From UHGV virus genome UHGV-0208947: DNA of 43,224 nucleotides. The stretch is one strand, 5' to 3'. Source of the DNA: a virus. Within the stretch, counting starts at the first letter, position 1. Every line of letters starts with the position of its first letter. The notes under the pieces were generated by a model. That model worked only from the letters and a program-made list of their open reading frames with translations. It was not told the DNA's origin and did not search any database. This document shows positions 8,302-15,890 of this stretch, in pieces. Both the position numbers and the translations under genes were made by a program.

Positions 8302-9606
8302 TTATTGACGATTAAAGTAGTTAGAGTTTAGCTCTTTAGGGAAGTAGTGTTTACGATTTACCCAAACAAATCCATCAACTTTTGATATCACAGCGACATC
8401 AACAGGCCCACCGACAGTTTCATAATCATGTGATACTTTTCTTTTGAATGCAGTGATGTTCACTAATGATTCGGCCATATACGCAAGATCTGCCTTCCCA
8501 AGTGATTGCAACATCGATATCATTTTATTTGTATGGTTATTAACAATATAGCTTTCAAGTTTAGTATCGTGATCTTGTAAAAGTACGTTTTTGAGTTCCT
8601 CAATTTCACTGGAGAAGTGATTGGCTAGTACTCCATTGTTCATTGCAGGGAAAATATTGCTAGAAACATAATGATTAAGCCGATCAAAAACTTCCTCTGT
8701 AAGAGTTCTGTTAAAATTAATGATGTTAGGGTTGCACCCATCAATGAAAGTTACTACTTCATCTTCTTGAGCAAATGGTATAACAAACCCCATATTGGTT
8801 ACCTTATTATGGGATTTATCATCAATATTATGGATCATCAATTTGTTTTTAAAAATGCCGTAGATATGAAGAGTGCAAATGGAAGGGTAATATTCTTCCT
8901 CTCCATAACCTGTTATAACAATCCCTGAATATGTACGACTAGCATGGACTTTGAAAATTAAACAAGTGGAATATAATATGACTTTTTCCATAAGCTCTTG
9001 CTGTATATTTTCACAGTTATCAAGAACAATAATTGATGAAATGTATGGCGATATTAAATCTTGTATATATGCTAAAGCATCATTAAACTCTTCTGTATCA
9101 AACCCTTCGAAAAAGAGATTATTCCTTAAGATTCCTATCTCTAAATCAAAGGCTTGCTTAACTATGTTTTGAAAAATAACATTGTCGAGTTCAACGGCGG
9201 GGTTCATTGTTAAATAGTTTACTACATTATTATCATTAATGTATCTCATCAAACCTTTGAGGTTATCAACAACAAGGTTTATAACGCAAGCCTCTCTCAT
9301 TTCATTTGTTATAAGGTCTGAGTTACCATTGATGAATTTTACAAAGTCATTAACATATTCTTTAATGGTAGGGAAACTAGTTTTCCCCAATTGTTTTCTA
9401 TAGGATTTAATTATAAGTTCCCACGGTGCGCCACCCAGTGTCGCATTATTATAAATCATGATCCCCACGGGATGGTGTTTAGATAGTTCGAATAGTTTTT
9501 CCGCACTATTATTTATTTTTACTAATCTATTATGCTCTGTGGTGACTGCAGAGTCAGCAGCAAGGGCGATTCCAGTATTATTTATTACAACAATCTCAGC
9601 TGTCAT
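8302..9606 (-). CDS. AT-rich accessory protein with HslV/proteasome-beta-like (Ntn hydrolase, threonine peptidase) signatures; candidate defence or abortive-infection gene in the rex position
   Basis: Minus-strand ORF co-oriented with and directly downstream of the repressor gene. The internal ATG at 9606-9604 gives MTAEIVVINNTGIALAADSAVTTEHNRLVKIN..., closely paralleling HslV [35 protein letters not shown] (Thr after Met, Asp about 17, Lys about 30). The C-terminus ...YETVGGPVDVAVISKVDGFVWV resembles the GSGG / D-x-x-S-G-G region of the same fold. About 300 residues of Asn/Ile/Lys-rich sequence lie between. The track ORF extends to an ATG at 9705 (467 aa); 434 aa from 9606. Confidence 0.6.
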   Translation of the reverse strand: MTAEIVVINNTGIALAADSAVTTEHNRLVKINNSAEKLFELSKHHPVGIMIYNNATLGGAPWELIIKSYRKQLGKTSFPTIKEYVNDFVKFINGNSDLITNEMREACVINLVVDNLKGLMRYINDNNVVNYLTMNPAVELDNVIFQNIVKQAFDLEIGILRNNLFFEGFDTEEFNDALAYIQDLISPYISSIIVLDNCENIQQELMEKVILYSTCLIFKVHASRTYSGIVITGYGEEEYYPSICTLHIYGIFKNKLMIHNIDDKSHNKVTNMGFVIPFAQEDEVVTFIDGCNPNIINFNRTLTEEVFDRLNHYVSSNIFPAMNNGVLANHFSSEIEELKNVLLQDHDTKLESYIVNNHTNKMISMLQSLGKADLAYMAESLVNITAFKRKVSHDYETVGGPVDVAVISKVDGFVWVNRKHYFPKELNSNYFNRQ

Positions 9607-9747
9607 TGCAAAACATCCCGTGTAGTAGTGATAAATATTAATTAAATTGATAGTTTTTTTCAATCTAACATAAATGGCGGAATCACCCCCCAGTAAAGAC
9701 ATCATTGTCTCATGGGAACTAAAAATTCAGGACAAACCTAAAGCGAT

Positions 9748-10134
9748 TCAGTCCCCCTGCGAGCGAATCCGCCCCTTCATGTACTTCTCATACAGCTCAT
9801 CCAGTTCCTTAAGACGTATCGAAAAGATGCGGAGCATGTTCTGTTGCTCTTCTTCTGGCAGCTGGCGGTAGAGCTCAAGCAGGCGCTGTTCGTCCGGCTT
9901 AAGTCCGTCCTTCTCGCCGACATCCTCACCGAGTAACCAAGGCACAGACACGCCAGCTGCGTCAGCGACAGCGAGAGCTGATTTCTTGCTGATCACGCCT
10001 TTTTTAAACCAGCCGTTCACAGACTGCGGGGTTACCCCAGCAACCCTGGCCATATCGGATTTGGTCATACCGCGCCCGTTCAGCTCTGAAAGGCGTTCGA
10101 CAAGTATCGGATTAAGTACGGTTTTCTCTTTCAT
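9748..10134 (-). CDS. Prophage repressor, DicA/CI-like HTH (XRE family) protein
   Basis: 128 aa; HTH MTKSDMARVAGVTPQSVNGWFKKG; C-terminal LLELYRQLPEEEQQNML resembles DicA; divergent from the cro-like gene with operator repeats between. Confidence 0.8.
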   Translation of the reverse strand: MKEKTVLNPILVERLSELNGRGMTKSDMARVAGVTPQSVNGWFKKGVISKKSALAVADAAGVSVPWLLGEDVGEKDGLKPDEQRLLELYRQLPEEEQQNMLRIFSIRLKELDELYEKYMKGRIRSQGD

Positions 10135-10193
10135 GGTTAGAAGAATAAGCCTTTTTCTTAAACTTGAAAATTCGCCTCAGGCTTGACAATAAA

Positions 10194-10210
10194 TTAAGTC
10201 TCAGGCTTAA
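10194..10210. promoter_or_regulatory. Candidate right operator (TTAAGTCTCAGGCTTAA) in the repressor/cro divergent promoter region, with -35-like TTGACA at 10183-10188
   Basis: 17-bp near-palindrome identical (as reverse complement) to 7980-7996; related half-sites CTCAGGCTT at 10176-10184 and AAGCCT at 10147-10152. Confidence 0.5.
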
Positions 10211-10238
10211 TTTGATTGTATTCAAATCGGAGACAACG

Positions 10239-10457
10239 ATGAACGGGTTAACGAAAGCCATTAAGTCCGCTGGCACTGCAACAAATCTCGCAACCATGCT
10301 GGGCATCAAGCCGATGTCGGTCAGCCGCTGGAAAAACCGGTACCAGGGCGTGGTGCCTGCTGATCGGGTCCTTCAAATCTACGCGGCTACCGGCGTAACT
10401 CCACACGAGCTGCGCCCTGATCTCTATCCAAACCCAAGTGACGGTTTACCAAAGTAA
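10239..10457 (+). CDS. Cro/YdaS-like small HTH regulator
   Basis: ATG at 10239 after GGAGA; MNGLTKAIKSAGTATNLATMLGIKPMSVSRWKNR... HTH; divergent from the repressor. Confidence 0.7.
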   Translation: MNGLTKAIKSAGTATNLATMLGIKPMSVSRWKNRYQGVVPADRVLQIYAATGVTPHELRPDLYPNPSDGLPK

Positions 10458-10468
10458 GGAATGTAACT

Positions 10469-11008
10469 ATGCAATCACTTACGTATCAACAGAGTAACGG
10501 GTTCATTTCAGCAGCGCTGATAAATCGCGCTCAACCAAAACCGGGCGTCAGTTGTGGTGCCCTCCGTGATGCTGTTCGCGCCTGGTCAGCAGTAGCCGGG
10601 CAGGACGTTGTAACGGCCCTGATCGTTGAAGAGTGGCACCGGATAGGTGGCGAAGGTATCGACTTTCCGGCAGATCACAGCCGTGCCCGGCAGAAGCTGT
10701 TCCGCTTCCTGGATAACCATTTCAACAGCGAACGGTACCGCGAGAACGTCCGCCAGCTGACGCCGGCAATCCTCGCTGTCCTGCCGATTGAATACCGCAA
10801 TCGTCTGCTACCAGAAGACAACGTAATGGCTCGTCTGGCAAGGCTGGAGAAGGAAACCAGCGAAGCGAAGATTGCTGTCGCAATGGATGCGCCACGTCAT
10901 CAGAAGCTGAAAGAGTTGAGCGAGGGGATCGTGGAGATGTATCGCGTTGACCCTGGGTTAACCGGTCCGTTGATGGAAATGGTGCAGATTATGCTGGGGG
11001 CTATATGA
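10469..11008 (+). CDS. CII/YdaT-like early regulatory protein (family uncertain)
   Basis: 179-aa ORF immediately after the cro-like gene, before the replication genes. Confidence 0.45.
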   Translation: MQSLTYQQSNGFISAALINRAQPKPGVSCGALRDAVRAWSAVAGQDVVTALIVEEWHRIGGEGIDFPADHSRARQKLFRFLDNHFNSERYRENVRQLTPAILAVLPIEYRNRLLPEDNVMARLARLEKETSEAKIAVAMDAPRHQKLKELSEGIVEMYRVDPGLTGPLMEMVQIMLGAI

Positions 11009-11092
11009 CCGGTTCAAAAATGGCGAAAGCCGCGGTGCTCGAACACCAACGGCTTTCAGGTGCAAAAACAGTGCGTAATTGCGGAGAACAGT

Positions 11093-12004
11093 ATGTCAAA
11101 CACCGCTGAAATAATCAATTTCCCAAATAAAACCGAACAACCGGGAGGTCGTATGGCCGACCTGTCGAACGGGTATACCAAGGTCGCTAACGAGATCCAA
11201 CAGCTTAAGCCTCGCCTGAGACTGTCAGGCCGGGAATGGCAATGTTTTGAGGCGGTGATCTGGCTTACCTACGGCTGGAACAAGAAACAGGACCGCGTGA
11301 CAAATACGGTTATTGCCGAGCTTACGGGCCTGAGCGATACGCATGTATCGGACGCGCTTAAGTCTCTCGCAGAACGCAAAATCATCTTTTCACAGAAGCA
11401 GGGCATGATGAAAATCGTCGGTGTAAACACTGACCTTTCAGCATGGATTTTAGACAAACCGGAAACGGGAAGAAAATTCCCGAAAACGGGAAAATCCTTC
11501 CCGAAATCAGGAATAACCTTCCCGAAAACGGTAGACACCCAATACAAGAACAAGAACAGTATTAAAAGATCTTCGTCCGAGAATTCTGACGAATCCTCTG
11601 ACGCACGTCTGAAGAAATTTTTATCAACTCATCCTGAAGCTGCGGTCTACACACCATCCGGTGCGAAGTGGGGCTCTGCTGAAGACCTCGAGACAGCTAA
11701 GTGGATTTCCTCCAGGGTGAAGCTGATTAACCCAACCTGCAAAGCCCCGGACATGACCTCCTGGTCTAACACTGTTCGCCTGATGCGCCAGATAGACAAC
11801 CGGTCGCACCAGGACATCTGCGCGCTGTATGACTGGGCTAGCAAACACCACTTCTGGCAGACCAACATCCTGAGTCCCGAAAGCCTGCGTAAGCAGTGGG
11901 ACAAGCTGACAATGCAGCGTAACGCCGGAGGTGAGCAGCGCGGCGCTGTCAAGCCAGATCTGGACTTCAACAACACTGACTGGGCCTATGGGGTGATCCG
12001 ATGA
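11093..12004 (+). CDS. Replication initiator, lambda O-like
   Basis: MSNTAEIINFPNK... parallels lambda O MTNTAKILNF...; ...LTYGWNKKQDRVT... parallels O ...KTYGWNKPMDRIT...; iterons inside the gene; ATGA overlap with the P-like gene. Confidence 0.8.
   Translation: MSNTAEIINFPNKTEQPGGRMADLSNGYTKVANEIQQLKPRLRLSGREWQCFEAVIWLTYGWNKKQDRVTNTVIAELTGLSDTHVSDALKSLAERKIIFSQKQGMMKIVGVNTDLSAWILDKPETGRKFPKTGKSFPKSGITFPKTVDTQYKNKNSIKRSSSENSDESSDARLKKFLSTHPEAAVYTPSGAKWGSAEDLETAKWISSRVKLINPTCKAPDMTSWSNTVRLMRQIDNRSHQDICALYDWASKHHFWQTNILSPESLRKQWDKLTMQRNAGGEQRGAVKPDLDFNNTDWAYGVIR
11457..11531. repeat. Iteron array (candidate replication origin) inside the O-like gene
   Basis: TTCCCGAAAACGGG at 11477, TTCCCGAAATCAGG at 11498, TTCCCGAAAACGG at 11519 (21-bp periodicity) plus a degenerate copy at 11457; AT-richer stretch follows. 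Confidence 0.55.
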
Positions 12005-12690
12005 AATCTCTTGCAGAGCAGATGCGTAACCACGACCGCGAGCAGATGAGCCGCATGGCCCATAACCTGCCAGAGCAGTACCAGGAGTGCGCGCCGGTCG
12101 AGCAGGTGGCGCAGGTATTCAACAAGCTGTTCAACGAGCTGCGCGCCGCGTTCCCGGCCAGCATGGCGAACTTCCGCACCCAGGAAGACCTGAACGAATT
12201 CCGCCGTCAGTGGCTGCTGGCGTTTCAGGAGAACGGGATCCACACCATGGCTCAGGTCGATGCCGGCATGCGCATTGCCCGCCGCCAGGAGCGCCCATTC
12301 CTGCCGTCGCCGGGCCAGTTCGTCGCCTGGTGCAAGCAGAGCGGCGGCGCGCTGGGCGTCAACGTTGACCAGGTGATCGCCGAATACTGGGACTGGCGTA
12401 ACCGCTCGTTCGAATTCATCTCCAGCGAGCAATTTCCATGGTCGCAGCCGGTCATGTACCACATTTGCGTAGAATTGCGCCACCGCAGCACCGAGCGCCA
12501 GTTAACGCATGGTGAACTGGCACGCGAGGCAGGCGATCTGCTGGACATGTGGGAAAGGCGCGTCACCGAGGGTAAGCCAGTGCCGCCGGTACGCCGGGCT
12601 ATTGCCGCACCAGCTGCCGAGCAAGGGCCGACGCCGATCCAGCTGCTGCTGGCCAAGTACAACCGCAACAAGTCGAACGGGATGGTGTGA
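12001..12690 (+). CDS. Replication protein P-like (helicase loader)
   Basis: MKSLAEQMRNHDREQMSRMAHNLPEQY...RPFLPSPGQFVAWC... closely parallels lambda P (MKNIAAQMVNFDREQMRRIANNMPEQY...RPFLPSPGQFVAWC). Confidence 0.85.
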   Translation: MKSLAEQMRNHDREQMSRMAHNLPEQYQECAPVEQVAQVFNKLFNELRAAFPASMANFRTQEDLNEFRRQWLLAFQENGIHTMAQVDAGMRIARRQERPFLPSPGQFVAWCKQSGGALGVNVDQVIAEYWDWRNRSFEFISSEQFPWSQPVMYHICVELRHRSTERQLTHGELAREAGDLLDMWERRVTEGKPVPPVRRAIAAPAAEQGPTPIQLLLAKYNRNKSNGMV

Positions 12691-12749
12691 CATGAACATA
12701 ACAATCCGTGAGCAGGTGCTGGCAGCCCTGCGCAACAACCCAGGGTTGA

Positions 12750-12932
12750 ACAACGCCAAACTGGCAGGGCTTCCCGGAGTGGTACATCATCGATCAGGAC
12801 TATCGGGGGCAGAAGTACGCGAAGGACAAGCAGGTTGCGCGTTGTGGCAACGCAGTTCCGCCGCCATTCGCCGAGGCACTGGTGAGGGCTAATTTACCGG
12901 AGCTTTGTCAGCAGAAAGAGATCGCAGCTTAA
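12750..12932 (+). pseudogene. 3' remnant of a DNA cytosine-5 methyltransferase gene (start-less C-terminal fragment)
   Basis: Open frame with no start encodes ...QGFPEWYIIDQDYRGQKYAKDKQVARCGNAVPPPFAEALVRANLPELCQQKEIAA; GFP(D/E) and GNAVPPP match C5-MTase C-terminal motifs; bounded upstream by TGA at 12747-12749. Confidence 0.5.
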
Positions 12933-13031
12933 TGTCCGAGTTTCAGAACATGGTGTAACAAATCCTGCTACTTCAATGACGTAGATTCAAACCTGATATA
13001 ATTAGGCTCTTCACAACACGAGGAGCCTAAA

Positions 13032-13268
13032 ATGCACCATTACATGATCCCTATCAACGGAACTGTTCACCTGATCAAGACTGACTCTCTAATCCCTGAA
13101 GGGACTGAGTATAGCTTTGAAGGAGAAAGTCTAATCTGCGCTCATGCCACTTTTAAATCTGGGACGTATGGCTTCCTGATACCAAAGGGAAATCAGTTGA
13201 ATAGAGAGCATGCGTTCTGGCATGTAAGTGGAATTCACCCTAATCCCCTGGGAATGGATAAATCGTAA
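13032..13268 (+). CDS. Hypothetical 78-aa moron protein
   Basis: ATG at 13032 with AGGAG 7 nt upstream and TATAAT at 12997-13002; AT-richer than flanks; lies between two methyltransferase 3' remnants. Confidence 0.5.
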   Translation: MHHYMIPINGTVHLIKTDSLIPEGTEYSFEGESLICAHATFKSGTYGFLIPKGNQLNREHAFWHVSGIHPNPLGMDKS

Positions 13269-13387
13269 TCCATAATATGCATGCCATCGTCCTGAACATA
13301 CGGTGGCATGCATCCGGCACTACAACAGAAACGTTAAAGTGCAAACAATACAATTCGAGCAATATTCAACCTGTCACAGATGGCGAA

Positions 13388-13520
13388 TACCACCGCCATT
13401 TCGTGCATTCTGTGGTTTCTATTACCCATTGCGTTAATGCTGTCCAATCATCAGCTCGCTGAGGCGCTGGTTAGGGCTAACCTACAGGAGCTTTGTCAGC
13501 AGAAACAAATAGCGGCGTAA
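13388..13520 (+). pseudogene. Second, frameshifted remnant of a C5-methyltransferase 3' end
   Basis: ...ITHCVNAV... then, in a shifted frame, ...LAEALVRANLQELCQQKQIAA stop; shares the exact 18-mer GAGCTTTGTCAGCAGAAA (13488-13505) with the first remnant (12900-12917). Confidence 0.35.
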
Positions 13521-13538
13521 TAAAACATCGCTAATTCA

Positions 13539-13567
13539 ACCCGCTACGGCGGGTTTTCTTTTTTTAC
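13539..13567 (+). terminator. Rho-independent terminator
   Basis: ACCCGC-TACG-GCGGGT hairpin followed by TTTTCTTTTTTT. Confidence 0.6.
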
Positions 13568-13627
13568 TACTGACAGAAAATTAACAATTTGTGCTCTTAA
13601 AGCGTTGATCATTTCCGCGCATAGGTA

Positions 13628-13647
13628 TACTGTATAAAAACACAGTA
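13628..13647. promoter_or_regulatory. LexA (SOS) box upstream of the DinI-like gene
   Basis: TACTGTATAAAAACACAGTA: CTGT-N8-ACAG with AT-rich centre, matching the E. coli LexA consensus; ends 18 nt before the dinI-like ATG. Confidence 0.6.
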
Positions 13648-13665
13648 AATGCAATGGGGGCCATT

Positions 13666-13899
13666 ATGAAAGTTGAATTAACCATTGATCGCATGAAAGA
13701 ACTTCCTAAAGGCGCAGTACCAGCACTGGAGAAAGAACTGCTTAAGCGCCTGAATGATCACTATGACAATTGCAGGCTCACAATCCGCCGTGCCGGGGCC
13801 GATGGGTTAAGTGTTTTTGGTGGTGACAAGGACGATAAAAAGAAAATTGAATCAATCCTCCAGGATACCTGGGAAAGCGCTGACGACTGGTTTTATTAG
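13666..13899 (+). CDS. dinI: DinI-family protein (DNA-damage-inducible protein I homologue)
   Basis: MKVELTIDRMKELPKGAVPALEKELLKRL...DKKKIESILQDTWESADDWFY parallels E. coli DinI including the C-terminal ...ILQETWESADDWF. Confidence 0.8.
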   Translation: MKVELTIDRMKELPKGAVPALEKELLKRLNDHYDNCRLTIRRAGADGLSVFGGDKDDKKKIESILQDTWESADDWFY

Positions 13900-14016
13900 A
13901 ATTGCGCTTAAGGCTGGCGCGCATTTTTCAGAATACCGCAATTTGCGTAACCCTCTGATGCTGCTGCCGACAATCTTTAATCGCGTCTGTTAGTCGCTCG
14001 AAGGGAGAACATAAAT

Positions 14017-14265
14017 GTGAGTGATTCAGCTTTGCAAACGTCAGAAGACAACTGGTATGACATTGTAAGAAGGTCTGACGGCTGCGTGGTGTTTAGCTTT
14101 CCTTCATCGGGCAGGCATCTAATTTATCGCGTCAATGGCATGGTTTCTATGCGGCCTTTGCTGGATGATGAAGAGGTCTTTACTCCTAATGGTTTTATGC
14201 AGTTTATTCACCGTCTCGGCTACCGGGTAACCCCACCTTCTGATAATATGAAATCAACGGTCTGA
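14017..14265 (+). CDS. Hypothetical protein
   Basis: 82-aa ORF with GTG start, AGGGAG upstream; no recognisable motif. Confidence 0.4.
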   Translation: MSDSALQTSEDNWYDIVRRSDGCVVFSFPSSGRHLIYRVNGMVSMRPLLDDEEVFTPNGFMQFIHRLGYRVTPPSDNMKSTV

Positions 14266-14299
14266 ACAACCGTAACCTACTGCGCCACGGAGAGAAACC

Positions 14300-14899
14300 A
14301 TGGCGCACGAACTACAACTCATCAAGCATTCCTCAGGAATCCTGATCCCCGCTACGCCGGAGACCAGTGATTTACTGCAATCAAAAATCAAACTCGGCTC
14401 CGTACTGGTGGCTGAGTTCCGGCAGGTACGCAACCCGGCCTTTCACCGTCGTTTCTTCGCGTTACTCAATCTCGGTTTCGAATACTGGGAACCCACCGGC
14501 GGGGCAATCTCCTCCAACGAACGCAAGCTGGTAACCGGCTATGCCAAGTTCCTTGCCTCATTCGCGGGAAGTGAAGCAGCACTCCTGGATGCTGCTGAGC
14601 AATATCTGGAGCGCATCGCCGATAAGCGTACTGGTAGCATCTGCGCCTGTAAGTCATTCGATGCATATCGTGCATGGGTCACTATTGAGTCCGGCCATTA
14701 CGACGCCATTCAGCTGCCTGACGGCACCCTCCGCAAACATCCCCGCAGTATCTCATTCGCAAATATGGATGAAACTGAGTTCCAGCAGCTGTACAAAGCC
14801 GCGCTCGATGTTCTGTGGCGATGGATACTCTCCCGATCATTTCGCAGTTGTGAAGAGGCAGAAAACGCCGCCGCCCAGCTGATGAGCTTTGCGGGGTGA
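14300..14899 (+). CDS. Hypothetical nin-region protein
   Basis: 199-aa ORF with ATG and GGAGAGA upstream; typical lambdoid nin-region position. Confidence 0.55.
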   Translation: MAHELQLIKHSSGILIPATPETSDLLQSKIKLGSVLVAEFRQVRNPAFHRRFFALLNLGFEYWEPTGGAISSNERKLVTGYAKFLASFAGSEAALLDAAEQYLERIADKRTGSICACKSFDAYRAWVTIESGHYDAIQLPDGTLRKHPRSISFANMDETEFQQLYKAALDVLWRWILSRSFRSCEEAENAAAQLMSFAG

Positions 14900-15105
14900 T
14901 GGCGATGAAATTTTCCTGGTTCCACCATCACGAATGCACCACCGAACAGGCCGACGAGCTGGTGGAGAAATACCGGGCGCGCGGTGTAAAGACAGAGCGC
15001 AGCCTGAATCGCGACAACATCACCTGGACCGTCAGCGCGCAATTGCCGGAAGGCGATAACGCGCCTCGCCCGAGCCGGGTATGGCAAAGCAAGGCGTGGG
15101 GGTGA
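14896..15105 (+). CDS. Hypothetical small protein
   Basis: 69-aa ORF overlapping the previous stop (ATGA-type coupling). Confidence 0.35.
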   Translation: MMAMKFSWFHHHECTTEQADELVEKYRARGVKTERSLNRDNITWTVSAQLPEGDNAPRPSRVWQSKAWG

Positions 15106-15107
15106 GC

Positions 15108-15398
15108 ATGGCAAATTTACGCAAAGAGGCTCGTGGTCGTGATTGTCAGGTTCGAATTCCCGGCGTCTGCAACGGTAACCCGGAAACGTCTGTACTGGCG
15201 CACATTCGCCTGGCCGGGTTATGTGGCACCGGAATCAAACCGCCTGATCTGATTGCCACCATTGCATGCTCTGCCTGTCACGACGAGATCGACCGCCGTA
15301 CACATTTTGTCGATGCTGAGTATGCTAAAGAATGCGCGCTGGAAGGTATGGCGAGAACGCAGGTTATCTGGCTGAAAGAGGGGGTAATCAAGGCGTGA
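15108..15398 (+). CDS. YbcO-like (DUF1364-type) Cys-rich nin-region protein
   Basis: [34 protein letters not shown]...CSACHDEID...; directly precedes rusA as in DLP12-type prophages; start could also be the ATG at 15081. Confidence 0.6.
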   Translation: MANLRKEARGRDCQVRIPGVCNGNPETSVLAHIRLAGLCGTGIKPPDLIATIACSACHDEIDRRTHFVDAEYAKECALEGMARTQVIWLKEGVIKA

Positions 15399-15757
15399 AT
15401 ACTTACAACATCACATTGCCCTGGCCGCCGAGCAATAACCGCTACTACCGCCATAATCGCGGGCGCACGCACATCAGCGCAGAAGGGCAGGCATACCGCG
15501 ATAACGTCGCCCGAATCATTAAAAACGCAATGCTGGATATCGGTCTGGCTATGCCTGTGAAAATCCGCATTGAGTGCCACATGCCGGATCGCCGTCGCCG
15601 TGACCTGGATAATCTGCAAAAGGCCGCTTTTGACGCACTCACCAAAGCAGGTTTCTGGCTGGACGATGCTCAGGTCGTTGATTATAGCGTTGTGAAGATG
15701 CCCGTTACCAAAGGTGGAAAGCTGGAACTGACAATCACCGGGCTGGAGGCCGTATGA
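15395..15757 (+). CDS. rusA: Holliday-junction resolvase RusA
   Basis: GTG start overlapping the upstream stop; [96 protein letters not shown]... near-identical to E. coli RusA; 120 aa. Confidence 0.85.
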   Translation: MNTYNITLPWPPSNNRYYRHNRGRTHISAEGQAYRDNVARIIKNAMLDIGLAMPVKIRIECHMPDRRRRDLDNLQKAAFDALTKAGFWLDDAQVVDYSVVKMPVTKGGKLELTITGLEAV

Positions 15758-15890
15758 CATTTGAATCCTGTTTTTCCGATCACCTCCGCGTTCGCTGGCA
15801 GCGGCTTCGCTTATACCACTTTCCCGGCTCTGTGCTAACGGACTACCGGATACTGAAGAATTACGTGAAAACTTATGCTGGAGAAGCGCT

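Noticed and set aside
8671-9172. Plus-strand ORFs 8671-8928 and 8951-9172 inside the AT-rich region
   Set aside because: Antisense to the long minus-strand ORF; AT-rich sequence spawns low-complexity ORFs; no RBS.
11269-12790. Antisense and alternate-frame ORFs over the O-like and P-like genes (11269-11553, 11624-11851, 11647-11976, 11986-12483, 12087-12368, 12252-12704, 12502-12759, 12599-12790)
   Set aside because: GC-rich frame artefacts with Arg/Ala/Pro-rich low-complexity translations; the plus-strand O and P calls are supported by close parallels to lambda O and P.
12509-12892. Track ORF 12509-12892 (127 aa) as a real gene
   Set aside because: Its 5' part is an alternate frame of the P-like gene, and the methyltransferase motifs GFPEW and GNAVPPP in this region read in a different frame; treated as an artefact overlapping the methyltransferase remnant.
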